DNA from: an uncultured Flavobacteriaceae bacterium
GTDB lineage: Bacteria > Bacteroidota > Bacteroidia > Flavobacteriales > Flavobacteriaceae
DNA: 64,000 nucleotides
Assembly: GCA_964477735.1 (NCBI GenBank)
Contig: CAYZFD010000001.1
Span: forward strand, 86,125-150,124
Reading direction: 5' to 3'
The translations under genes and the position numbers were made by a program. Shown in pieces: positions 42,557 to 52,275 of this stretch; positions within the stretch are counted from its first letter, which is position 1, and the number at the start of each line of letters is the position of its first letter. Under the pieces are notes generated by a model. It was not told where the DNA came from, did no database searches, and saw only the letters and a program-made list of their open reading frames with translations.

Positions 42557-45500
42557 ATGAAAAATTTATGTGAAAACTTATTATTCAAGCGGTTCCATGC
42601 TGCGAAGCACATGGTTGTCTTGTTTATCTTTTTTGCTTTTCATTTGGCCTCTGCACAACAGTCTGTTTCGGGCGTTGTATCAGATGAAGCAAGTGGAGCG
42701 CCTTTGGCGGGGGTCACCGTCGTAGAAAAGGGCACAAACAATGGTGTGGTTTCAGATTTTGATGGAAATTTCACCATTCGCGTCGCATCCAGCAATGCGG
42801 TTTTAACGTTCTCTTATTTGGGCTACAAAACCGTTGAACAAAGTGCTGGAAATGGTGCGCAACTCAACGTAACCATGTCAGAAGACTTCGAAACCCTAGA
42901 TGAGGTTGTTGTGGTTGACTATGGTTATGGAAAAGTGAGAAAAGAGAACATGACAGGTTCTGTTGCCAGTATTTCAAGCAAGGAGCTCGCCAACATTCCT
43001 GTTTCAAGTGCGGCCGAAGCTTTGTCTGGTCGTTTGCCAGGGGTAAAGGTTACAACTTCTGATGGTGAGCCTGGTGCTGAAATTACCATTCGTGTTCGTG
43101 GAGGGGGATCTATCACACAAGACAACTCTCCCCTCTATGTTGTTGATGGGTTCATTGTGAGCTCTATCAGTGACATTCCGCCCACAGATATTTTGTCTAT
43201 CGACGTACTAAAGGATGCTGCAGCTACAGCTGTATATGGTGCACAGGCTTCAAACGGGGTTGTGGTGATCACCACCAAGAGTCCCTCAGAGGGCAAGGTA
43301 GAAGTCGCCTACAACAACTTTTTTCAATTTAACACACTTCCCGAAGATAGAAGATATGAGGTGTTATCCCCTTATGAATTTGTGTTGGCCAACTATGAGT
43401 ATTCACTCCTAAAAGGGGCTACTGATTTGCAAAGATTTGAAAGATTTTTCGGAGTTTATGATGATTTAGATCTCTACAAATCCAAGCAAGGAACCGACTG
43501 GCAAGATGAACTCTTTGGAGGGCCAAGAATGTCTGCGTTTCATAATTTCACTGTGAGCGGTGGTACAGAAATGACAAAGATGAGATTGAGTGTTTCGAAA
43601 AACCAAGATGAAGGTTTGTTAGAGGGCTCAGCATATGACCGTACCGCCATTAACTTTAAGGTCAATCAAAAAATTAGTGAGAAGTTAATTTTGGATGTTT
43701 CTACACGTCTAACTTCTACTCAAATTGATGGGGCTGGTACTTCCACCAATGCTCAGCTTAAAATTAAAGATGCTGTTCAAACCCGACCTGTGAACGGGAT
43801 TGCCGATGAGCTTGACATTGATTTAACGAACATCAATTCTGATGACGATTTTCAGTCCTTTTTGCTCAGCCTTGTGAACCCTAAAGAGTTGGTGAAACAA
43901 GACTGGAGACAACGCAATGACAAGGATTACATCATAAATGCAAGCTTGTCTTGGAATGTAACCGATGATTTAACTTTTAAAACTTCTTACACCAACAACA
44001 GACGTTTTAGAGAAGATCTACGTTTTTATGGGCCTCTTACAAGTGAGTCTTACCAAAACGGAGGGAGCATGCCTTTGGGTAAAAAGACCAATACCGACTA
44101 TGAGTCCTACAGGCTGATTAACACCCTTAACTTTAGAAAGGAATGGGGAAAAAACAAATTTGACGCACTGATTGGTAATGAAATTTCATCAAGTGGTGGG
44201 AAAGAGTTTTTCTTAAGAGCCGAAGATTTTCGTTTGTCCATAACACCCGAAGAACTTTTTGCTAACATGGCCTTTGGTCGTGCCGATCAACACTACACAA
44301 GAGATTTTACCAATTCTAACAGAGAATCTTATTTTGGGCGTTTAGACTATCAATTCAACAACCTTATTGTTCTAACAGGAACCTTCCGTGCCGATCAATC
44401 GAGTCGTTTCTCGAAAGAAAATCGTTTAGGATTCTTCCCCGCAGGAGCACTAGCCGTTAAACTCGATAAATTGGAATTTTTCAAAAGCCTAGGCTTTATT
44501 GACCAATTGAAAGTACGTTTAACATATGGTGAAACAGGTAACGACCGAATTGATGCCACCGCAACGCAATTCTTGTTTAGCGCAACTACTGATAGAGGGG
44601 TAGGATTTAACAATTACTTCAATGTCTATTACACCCCAAGCAGCTCTGCTTTGTATAACCCCGATTTGGTTTGGGAAACAACAGCCAGTGCCAACCTAGG
44701 GCTTGACTTTGGATTGTTTAACAACAGAATTAGAGGGTCTTTAGATGTTTATCAGAACACGACAAGAGATCTTCTATTGCAGTCTGCCATCCCAAACAAT
44801 ACTGGATTTAATACGCAGTGGAACAATGTAGGATCTACCCAAAACCAAGGTTTTGAATTGGGGTTAAATGCAGCACTTGTCCGCAATGATAATTTCAATA
44901 TGTCATTAGACTTTAATATTGGTAAAAACGATTTCAGAATAGTTGAGCTTGATGGCACAACCGAAAGATTCGAACGTTCAAATTGGGCAAGTACAGACCT
45001 TAATAACATCAACGATTACTACCTTCAGCTCGGAGGAAGAGTTGGTGATATTTATGGATATGTAACCGATGGATATTATGCCACTTCAGACTTTGCTTCA
45101 TACGACGCTTCCTCTGATAAATATACACTCAATGCCGATGTGCCTTCATCTGGAGCAGTTGTAGGAAACATCAACGTAAGACCAGGATTCTTAAAATTAA
45201 AAGACCTCAATGGTGATGGTGCTATTAATGCTGATGACAGAACAGTTATCGGAAATGCAACTCCAGATTTCCAAGGTGGTTTTGGATTGAATCTTAACTT
45301 TAAAAACTTTGACTTGTCATCGTTCTTCAACTTCCAAGTTGGAAATGAAGTGTATAACACAGGAAAGATTCAATATAACCAATTTAGAAGGGTTACTTTC
45401 GGCAATATGCTAAACACCATGAACATGGCGAATCGCTTTAGTTATTTAGATGTTGATGGAACCTATACTGGAACTGCTGGAGGTTTAGTGACCGATCTTG

Positions 45501-45838
45501 ATGATTTGGCCGCGATGAACCAAGGCAAAACCATGTGGTCGCATGCAAGTCACGGAATCGCTGGTGCAGTGATTCACTCTTGGGCTGTTGAAGACGGATC
45601 TTTCATAAGGTTGAACAACCTTACCCTGGGATATACCTTGCCTCAAACCCTATCCTCAAAGTTCGGAGTTTCTAGGTTAAGAATGTTTGCAACAGGTCGA
45701 AACCTAAAAATCTGGACAAATTATTCAGGTTATGACCCTGAAGTTGACAACATCAAAAACCCATTAACCCCTGGGGTTGACTACTCTTCTTTCCCAAGAA
45801 GTCGTTCTTATACAATTGGTCTAAACATTACTTTTTAA
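42557..45838 (+). CDS. SusC/RagA-family TonB-linked outer-membrane transporter
   Basis: The ORF track starts at a TTG at 42494. The ATG at 42557 gives MKNLCENLL... (1093 aa). It has a CarboxypepD_reg-like VSGVVSDEASGAPLAGVTVVEKGTNNGVVSDFDGNFTI, a plug region and a C-terminal ...YTIGLNITF. Confidence 0.95.
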   Translation: MKNLCENLLFKRFHAAKHMVVLFIFFAFHLASAQQSVSGVVSDEASGAPLAGVTVVEKGTNNGVVSDFDGNFTIRVASSNAVLTFSYLGYKTVEQSAGNGAQLNVTMSEDFETLDEVVVVDYGYGKVRKENMTGSVASISSKELANIPVSSAAEALSGRLPGVKVTTSDGEPGAEITIRVRGGGSITQDNSPLYVVDGFIVSSISDIPPTDILSIDVLKDAAATAVYGAQASNGVVVITTKSPSEGKVEVAYNNFFQFNTLPEDRRYEVLSPYEFVLANYEYSLLKGATDLQRFERFFGVYDDLDLYKSKQGTDWQDELFGGPRMSAFHNFTVSGGTEMTKMRLSVSKNQDEGLLEGSAYDRTAINFKVNQKISEKLILDVSTRLTSTQIDGAGTSTNAQLKIKDAVQTRPVNGIADELDIDLTNINSDDDFQSFLLSLVNPKELVKQDWRQRNDKDYIINASLSWNVTDDLTFKTSYTNNRRFREDLRFYGPLTSESYQNGGSMPLGKKTNTDYESYRLINTLNFRKEWGKNKFDALIGNEISSSGGKEFFLRAEDFRLSITPEELFANMAFGRADQHYTRDFTNSNRESYFGRLDYQFNNLIVLTGTFRADQSSRFSKENRLGFFPAGALAVKLDKLEFFKSLGFIDQLKVRLTYGETGNDRIDATATQFLFSATTDRGVGFNNYFNVYYTPSSSALYNPDLVWETTASANLGLDFGLFNNRIRGSLDVYQNTTRDLLLQSAIPNNTGFNTQWNNVGSTQNQGFELGLNAALVRNDNFNMSLDFNIGKNDFRIVELDGTTERFERSNWASTDLNNINDYYLQLGGRVGDIYGYVTDGYYATSDFASYDASSDKYTLNADVPSSGAVVGNINVRPGFLKLKDLNGDGAINADDRTVIGNATPDFQGGFGLNLNFKNFDLSSFFNFQVGNEVYNTGKIQYNQFRRVTFGNMLNTMNMANRFSYLDVDGTYTGTAGGLVTDLDDLAAMNQGKTMWSHASHGIAGAVIHSWAVEDGSFIRLNNLTLGYTLPQTLSSKFGVSRLRMFATGRNLKIWTNYSGYDPEVDNIKNPLTPGVDYSSFPRSRSYTIGLNITF

Positions 45839-45841
45839 TCC

Positions 45842-47674
45842 ATGAAAACACTAAAAAACATTATTGTAAAATCAACATTCATCATCGGTGCAAGCTTGAT
45901 GTTGAGTTCTTGTGAAAAGGATTTTCTTGATCCTGCATCACTTTCTACATTCGACAAAAACTTCGTGTTTTCTAACGTTGATGATGCACGAAATGCCGTA
46001 AACGCCATTTACTCACACTTCAATCAAGATGCTTTCAGGTCACGTTTATCGAATAACATGACAGGAAACACAGACATTGAGCATTCATCAGGATGGACTT
46101 CCGACGGAGACAGATACCAAATTTGGCGCCTAGATGCGGTGACTTCAAACCGTGATTTAGACATTGTTTGGACCTATGCTTTTAGAGCCATCCGAGACGC
46201 CAATATTGCCATTGAGGGGATTAACGCCAGCGGAAATCTAGAAGCCAACGATGCTGTGACCCGAAACACTTTTAATCATTTGTTGGGAGAAGCACACACG
46301 CTCAGAGCCTATTGGTATAGCATGCTATGCTACTTCTTTGGTGATGTACCCTATGTGACCTCTGCTCCTGTTGCAGGAGGTAATTTTTTACTTCCCAAAA
46401 CAGACCGCAATGAAATTCTTTCTGCTGAAATTGAGGCCCTAAAAAGTGTTGAAGAAAACATGCAATGGGCCGATCAACTGCGATATGGAGTTGAGCAAGT
46501 GAACAGAGAATATACCCTAGGTATGATTGCAAGATTAGCCCTTCAAAGAGGGGGCTATTTTCTTAAGCCAGACCTTACTCTAGACCGTGCTTCAGACTTT
46601 GCAGATTATTATCAAGTTGCACATACCTATACCAAAAAGTTAATCGACAACAAAGACAGAGAACTTCCAACAGATTTTCGTCAAATTTTCATGAATTTAC
46701 ACAAGTTCATCAAGCCGGTTAATGAAGAAATTCTTTTCGAAGTGCCCTTCCCCATTGGAAGTGGTGATGTAGCCTGGAATATTGGTATTGATGTGGTGGG
46801 TGGTGCCAACGCTAGCCACGACTATGGCTCTGGTAATAACTACATGAAAATGCCATTGACCTATTTCCTTTCTTTTGATTCTAAAGACCTTCGAAGAGAA
46901 GTCACTTGTGGATTATACCGCATTGATGAGAATTTTGAATATGACTGGATTACAAGAGGAATTTCTCAAGGAAAATTTGGCCGCCATTGGCTAGACAATC
47001 CTCCTGGGAAATCAACCGCAAAAGGAACCGGAATTAACTGGCCCATGCTAAGATATGCCGATATTTTGCTCATGTTTGCAGAAGCAGAAAACGAACTTAA
47101 CGGTCCAACTGCTGCTGCAAAAGAGGCCCTCACCAGAGTACGTAAAAGAGCCTTTGATGCTGCCGACTGGACGGATAAAGTTGATCAGTATGTGACCAAC
47201 GTTTCCAGTTCAAAAGCCGATTTCTTTAACGCCATTGTTGACGAAAGAGCATGGGAGTTTGGTGGTGAAATGATTCGTAAATACGAACTCATTCGATGGG
47301 GACTTTATGATGATAAGGTAGAAGCCACAGTTCAAGGCCTTAAAGATTTGGCCGATAAAATAGACACTGCAGCCACCTACGATCTCCCTGATTACATCTA
47401 TTGGAGAGTGAATGGAAGTGGTGAGTTTGAAGTGTACAATCCTGATTTTTATGTAGCAGCAGCTCCCGACGAAACCTGGAATAGACAATCTTTTGTTGCC
47501 GGGTTATGGAATAGCTCCACCTCAAACTATCAAGATTATATTCTTAGAGACTGGGAAAACCATCTATCGCCCTCTTGGGGAGGTGATTTCCCTCGCTATA
47601 TATTCCCAATTCCAACTTCAGCAGTTGAAGCTAGTCAAGGGACACTTAAAAACGATGGTTACCAATTTAATTAA
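45842..47674 (+). CDS. SusD/RagB-family nutrient-binding outer-membrane lipoprotein
   Basis: 610-aa ORF with lipobox LMLSSC followed by EKDFLD and a TPR-like helical body (RAYWYSML, LRYADILLMFAEAENELNG, ERAWEFGGE). It lies 3 nt after the susC-like gene. Confidence 0.95.
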   Translation: MKTLKNIIVKSTFIIGASLMLSSCEKDFLDPASLSTFDKNFVFSNVDDARNAVNAIYSHFNQDAFRSRLSNNMTGNTDIEHSSGWTSDGDRYQIWRLDAVTSNRDLDIVWTYAFRAIRDANIAIEGINASGNLEANDAVTRNTFNHLLGEAHTLRAYWYSMLCYFFGDVPYVTSAPVAGGNFLLPKTDRNEILSAEIEALKSVEENMQWADQLRYGVEQVNREYTLGMIARLALQRGGYFLKPDLTLDRASDFADYYQVAHTYTKKLIDNKDRELPTDFRQIFMNLHKFIKPVNEEILFEVPFPIGSGDVAWNIGIDVVGGANASHDYGSGNNYMKMPLTYFLSFDSKDLRREVTCGLYRIDENFEYDWITRGISQGKFGRHWLDNPPGKSTAKGTGINWPMLRYADILLMFAEAENELNGPTAAAKEALTRVRKRAFDAADWTDKVDQYVTNVSSSKADFFNAIVDERAWEFGGEMIRKYELIRWGLYDDKVEATVQGLKDLADKIDTAATYDLPDYIYWRVNGSGEFEVYNPDFYVAAAPDETWNRQSFVAGLWNSSTSNYQDYILRDWENHLSPSWGGDFPRYIFPIPTSAVEASQGTLKNDGYQFN

Positions 47675-49338
47675 TGCCTATCACAATGAAAAAACATAAC
47701 ATTATTTTACAAAATCTTAAGCTTTTTACCTTCTTGTTATTAGGGGTGTTGGCTTTTATCGGATGCGAAAAAGACGAGGCTACCTCCGAAGAACAAGTTC
47801 GGATGTTTCGCCCTGTTTTAAATGAAGATTTGTTTGCAGAAGGCAATCATATTATTGTCAATATGGGCAAACTAAAATCTGCCATAAGCTACTACATCGA
47901 GGTGAGTAGAGACAGTTTTGCTACCGTTGATTACCAAATTTCATCGGACACCAATTATGTCAGAATCAACAACGATCTTATTGGGGAAGATCTTTTCTGG
48001 AACGCACTTTACCAAGTGAGAGGAAAAGCAGTGCACGCAGACGCTAATTTTGATAGTAAATTATCAGACTTTGGATCTGTTAGAACAGAAAAGTTTCCGA
48101 GTATCTTATACTCTCCAGTCTCCTATGACATGATTGACGTTGCTGCTCGTATGAGATGGCAATTGTTGGGTGCTGCAGTAACGCATGTAAAAGTCTATGC
48201 CGCAGACGACCTGAAACTCAAAACTCCGTTGGCTGTTGTAGAAGTTCCTACCGCTGACCAAGCCGCTGGCCAAACCATTGTGGGGGGATTAAACCCCCTA
48301 ACAACCTATCAGTTGGCCATCTTTAGTGGGGAAACTTTGAGAGGTTGGGAAAACTATACGACGATCGCCGCTGATATTGACCCCACTGCAGCCAATGTGG
48401 TTGACCTCAGAGAATCCACCTCGACTTCAGACCTTCAAACGGCCATGGCTTCTGCTGCAGAAGGCGCTATTTTGTTGGTGAGCCATGGTTCAGAACATAT
48501 AATCGATGCGCCATCGCCTGTGAGCTCTTCCTTTACGGTTCGTGCAGCGCTTGGGTTTGGCCCTCAAAAAGCAAAAGTAGTCATGCCTGCCAACTTAGAC
48601 TTGGCCAGCGGTGCTACTGTAGATCACATTCGTTTCGTGAATCTTGAACTTAGAGGTACAGATTGGGGTGCAAAATATGTAATGAACGTCAGTCAGCCCG
48701 GAACCATCAATGAAGTGAGATTCGACAATTGTTTTATCACCAACCACAGAGGTGTATTTAGAATTAAAACAAATGGCGTTACCCTCGACAAATACATCAT
48801 TAACGAGTCTATTGTGGATAGTATTGGTTCATATGCTGTGGTTACGCAAGATAAAAATGGAAGTGTGCTGAATCATATTGAATTCACTAAGAGTACGTTC
48901 AACCACTTACAGTATTATTTTATTGTATCTAGAAACAATTCAGAAACCATCAACATTGAAGATTGTACCATAGCAAACGCTACAGATGGAAGAGAGTTAT
49001 TTAGATATCGTGAGGCTGGCTTAGATCAAGTTACGGGTGGAATCAATATTTCAAACACCATTTTAGGCCGTCGATGGGATTACAAAAATGAAGAATTATA
49101 CGGTGTGAAGGGTATTCAAGGACTGGATCAAACGGTATTCAATGTGTCCAATTGTTTTTCAACAACCGATTTAGTTTGGGATGGAGACAATTCAATACCA
49201 AACTTCCCGCTAGGAAATGCTGGCGCCACCCAAGAAGAACTTTGGGTTGATCCTGACAGCGGTGATTTTAATTTTGAAGACAAAGGCTTCATTGGAAAAT
49301 CATCTGCAGGAGATCCAAGATGGAGAGTTCAATTATAA
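47674..49338 (+). CDS. PUL-encoded surface lipoprotein of unknown function (SusE-position; DUF4957/DUF5123-like)
   Basis: 554-aa ORF with lipobox AFIGC followed by EKDEATSEE. It has an FN3-like N-terminal part, beta-helix-like repeats and ends in AGDPRWRVQL. Its start overlaps the susD-like stop. Confidence 0.6.
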   Translation: MPITMKKHNIILQNLKLFTFLLLGVLAFIGCEKDEATSEEQVRMFRPVLNEDLFAEGNHIIVNMGKLKSAISYYIEVSRDSFATVDYQISSDTNYVRINNDLIGEDLFWNALYQVRGKAVHADANFDSKLSDFGSVRTEKFPSILYSPVSYDMIDVAARMRWQLLGAAVTHVKVYAADDLKLKTPLAVVEVPTADQAAGQTIVGGLNPLTTYQLAIFSGETLRGWENYTTIAADIDPTAANVVDLRESTSTSDLQTAMASAAEGAILLVSHGSEHIIDAPSPVSSSFTVRAALGFGPQKAKVVMPANLDLASGATVDHIRFVNLELRGTDWGAKYVMNVSQPGTINEVRFDNCFITNHRGVFRIKTNGVTLDKYIINESIVDSIGSYAVVTQDKNGSVLNHIEFTKSTFNHLQYYFIVSRNNSETINIEDCTIANATDGRELFRYREAGLDQVTGGINISNTILGRRWDYKNEELYGVKGIQGLDQTVFNVSNCFSTTDLVWDGDNSIPNFPLGNAGATQEELWVDPDSGDFNFEDKGFIGKSSAGDPRWRVQL

Positions 49339-49360
49339 ATCAATTCGTAATATCATTCAA

Positions 49361-49395
49361 ACAAGGCGTTTTTTCTAAGGCGCCTTGTTTTTGTT
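49361..49395 (+). terminator. Intra-locus rho-independent terminator/attenuator after the susC-susD-lipoprotein unit
   Basis: An 8-bp stem acaaggcg / cgccttgt (49361..49368 with 49381..49388) is followed by tttttgttt. It lies only about 10 nt before the PL1 ATG at 49406. Confidence 0.6.
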
Positions 49396-49405
49396 TAATC
49401 TCACC

Positions 49406-50950
49406 ATGAAAAAACACCTATTTCTATTTGTTTTCTTGACCCTTTCTTTTTTAGGAAGTTGTGCAACAGAAAACCCAATTCAACTACCCCAACAATCACA
49501 AAACTCAGACAACTCTGATGACAGCAGTGACAATTCTTCCACTACTGACAACAGCAACACCGGTGGTGACAACTCCACTAGTGACCAGCCAGTACAATCA
49601 AGCGACGAAACTAAAGCTTTTCCGTCTGCTGAGGGTTTTGGAATGAATACTACTGGAGGGCGTGGTGGAAAGGTCTTGTTTGTGACCAATCTCAACGATG
49701 ATGGAGCAGGAAGTTTTAGACGTGCCATAAACACAAGTGGCGCCCGATATATTTTGTTTAAAGTATCAGGCACCATTCAATTAAAATCATCACTTTCGGT
49801 TAACATAGGAAACCTCACCATTGCTGGACAAACGGCCCCTGGAGATGGGATTTGCATTGCTGGATATCCTTTTTCAATTAATGCCGACAATGTGATCATT
49901 CGTTTTATGAGATTTAGGCTGGGAGACATCAATAATGTAGAGGCTGATGGTCTTGAGTCGAGGTTTCACAAAAACATTATTATAGACCATTGCTCTGTAA
50001 GTTGGTCAGTTGATGAATGCCTGTCTTTTTATGGCAATGAAAACACAACCATTCAGTGGACTTTTGTTACTGAAAGCTTGCGATCTTCTGTACATTCCAA
50101 AGGTAACCATGGTTATGGAGGTATTTGGGGCGGTAAATACGCCAGTTTTCATCACAACTTAATTGCGCATCACGACAGTCGAAATCCAAGGCTTGGCGAA
50201 CCAGCAGGAGATGTTTTTGCCCTAACCGATTTGGTTGACTTAAGAAACAACGTCATCTACAATTGGGGAGGCAATAGTGCCTATGGTGGCGAAGCCATGA
50301 ACGTGAATATTGTCAATTGTTATTACAAACCAGGCCCGGCATCAAAAAACACGAGTCGCATCATTTCTATCGATAAAAATACGGACAGCTCTACGCCCAT
50401 TTACAACAAATGGGGAAAATACTATATTAGAGGAAATGTTATGGAAGGCAATGCCTCGGTCACAAACAACAACTGGAAGTATGGAGTAGAAAATCAGTTT
50501 AACAGCAAGTATGGCACTTTAACCCAGTCTGAACTTGATCAAATCAACATTAGTGAACCACACAACATTAACAACAATGTGGTTACGCATACTGCCCAAG
50601 AAGCCTACGAAAAAGTGTTGGAAGTGGGAGGCGCTTCATTGGCTAGAGACGTTAACGACAAACGAATTGTTCGTGAAGTCGAAAACAAAAACTACACTTT
50701 CAGCGGATCTGCTGGAAGCACGAATGGTTTGATTGACTCGCAGAAAGATGTGGGCGGTTGGCCAGCTTTAAACAGTGCAACATATCCCACAGACAGTTCA
50801 GGTGATGGCATGCCAGATGCTTGGAAAGAAAGCATGAAATTATCGGTTTCTGCAAACAACCCCAACGGAAATGAGCTAAGCACTGCGTACGATAACATCG
50901 AAGTTTATATCAACAGTTTGGTTAAAGAAATTGTAGAAAAACAAAAGTAG
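49406..50950 (+). CDS. Pectate lyase, PL1 family, lipoprotein with Ser/Asp/Asn-rich linker
   Basis: The ATG at 49406 gives MKKHLFLFVFLTLSFLGSC (lipobox), 514 aa. Motifs are AFPSAEGFGMNTTGGRGGKVLFVTNLNDDGAGSFRRAI, IIIDHCSVSWSVDE and SRNPRLG. A low-complexity linker lies at 49490..49609. Confidence 0.85.
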   Translation: MKKHLFLFVFLTLSFLGSCATENPIQLPQQSQNSDNSDDSSDNSSTTDNSNTGGDNSTSDQPVQSSDETKAFPSAEGFGMNTTGGRGGKVLFVTNLNDDGAGSFRRAINTSGARYILFKVSGTIQLKSSLSVNIGNLTIAGQTAPGDGICIAGYPFSINADNVIIRFMRFRLGDINNVEADGLESRFHKNIIIDHCSVSWSVDECLSFYGNENTTIQWTFVTESLRSSVHSKGNHGYGGIWGGKYASFHHNLIAHHDSRNPRLGEPAGDVFALTDLVDLRNNVIYNWGGNSAYGGEAMNVNIVNCYYKPGPASKNTSRIISIDKNTDSSTPIYNKWGKYYIRGNVMEGNASVTNNNWKYGVENQFNSKYGTLTQSELDQINISEPHNINNNVVTHTAQEAYEKVLEVGGASLARDVNDKRIVREVENKNYTFSGSAGSTNGLIDSQKDVGGWPALNSATYPTDSSGDGMPDAWKESMKLSVSANNPNGNELSTAYDNIEVYINSLVKEIVEKQK

Positions 50951-50951
50951 C

Positions 50952-52265
50952 ATGCCTAAAAACATAAAGCACTTCACCTCGATCTTTTTCTTGACAGCGT
51001 TTTCACTTGTTTCAGCTCAAGAGCTGGCTTTTCCAACAGCTGAAGGATTTGGAAAGTTCGCCACTGGTGGTAGAGAAGGCGTTTTATATAGAGTCACCAA
51101 TTTAAACGACCAGGGTGAGGGCAGTTTAAGAAATGGCATTAAACAAAAAAAGGCACGCATCATTGTTTTTGATGTGGCCGGAACCATTTTTCTAGAATCT
51201 GCAATAAGTGTCAATTACGGAGATTTAACCATTTTGGGACAAACAGCGCCTGCGCCTGGAATCACAATTTCGGGTTATCCTTTCGAAATTCAATCCGACA
51301 ATGTTATCGTTCGATATATGACAATAAAATTGGGGGATATCAACAAGGTTGAGGGCGACGCTTTAGAGTGTAAAGACACCAGAAATGTAATTTTAGACCA
51401 TTTGTCAATTGGATGGGGGGTTGATGAAAATGCTTCGTTTTATCGAAACCAAAACTTCACCATACAATGGTGTTCCGTTTCAGAGTCACTCAACAACTCA
51501 CTACACAAAAAAGGGGCTCATGGCTATGGGGGTATTTGGGGTGGAAGACAAGTGAGTTTTCACCACAATTTTTTGGCATGCAACGCAAGTCGAAACCCCA
51601 GATTTTGCGGTTCAAGAGCTTATTTAAGAAACACAGACGAGCATGTTTCTTTCTATAATAATGTTGTTTACAACTGGAGCGAGTATGCCGTTTATGGTGG
51701 CGAAGCAGGAACCTATAACATCATCAACAACATGTTTGTTCCAGGCCCTGCTACTGCGAAATCTAAAAGAGCACATTTCCTAACGCCCTATGAACCCTAT
51801 GGAGGGTATTATGTAGCCGGAAACCATTTGTGGGGAAATGAAGCAGTGAACATAGACAACACTAAGGGCGTTAACATCAAAGAAATTGAATCTGTTTGGC
51901 AATCTGAACCCTACCCTATGCTTGACAAAGAGTTCATTGAACCAACTTTCTTGGCCTTCGAAAAAGTGTTGAGATTTGCAGGGAATAGTATCAATCGTGA
52001 CAAAGCCGACTTGCGTATTTTTTCATATTTAATTGACAATACTAAGCCCCAAGGCATTGGAATTATTGATTCGCAAGAACAAGTGGGCGGATGGGAAACA
52101 AATCAGCCTTTTATTCCAAAAATAGACTCAGATCTAGATGGTATGCCTGATGCCTGGGAAATAAGCCATGACCTCGACCCAAACACCTACAACCCCATGG
52201 AAAAGCAATGTCACCCCTATTACACGAATATTGAAGTATATAGCCAAAACTGCATTAACCTTTAA
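50952..52265 (+). CDS. Pectate lyase, PL1 family (signal peptidase I type signal)
   Basis: 437-aa ORF, a paralogue of the preceding gene. Motifs are AFPTAEGFGKFATGGREGVLYRVTNLNDQGEGSLRNGI, VILDHLSIGWGVDE and SRNPRF. Confidence 0.85.
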   Translation: MPKNIKHFTSIFFLTAFSLVSAQELAFPTAEGFGKFATGGREGVLYRVTNLNDQGEGSLRNGIKQKKARIIVFDVAGTIFLESAISVNYGDLTILGQTAPAPGITISGYPFEIQSDNVIVRYMTIKLGDINKVEGDALECKDTRNVILDHLSIGWGVDENASFYRNQNFTIQWCSVSESLNNSLHKKGAHGYGGIWGGRQVSFHHNFLACNASRNPRFCGSRAYLRNTDEHVSFYNNVVYNWSEYAVYGGEAGTYNIINNMFVPGPATAKSKRAHFLTPYEPYGGYYVAGNHLWGNEAVNIDNTKGVNIKEIESVWQSEPYPMLDKEFIEPTFLAFEKVLRFAGNSINRDKADLRIFSYLIDNTKPQGIGIIDSQEQVGGWETNQPFIPKIDSDLDGMPDAWEISHDLDPNTYNPMEKQCHPYYTNIEVYSQNCINL

Positions 52266-52275
52266 GCAATAGAAT

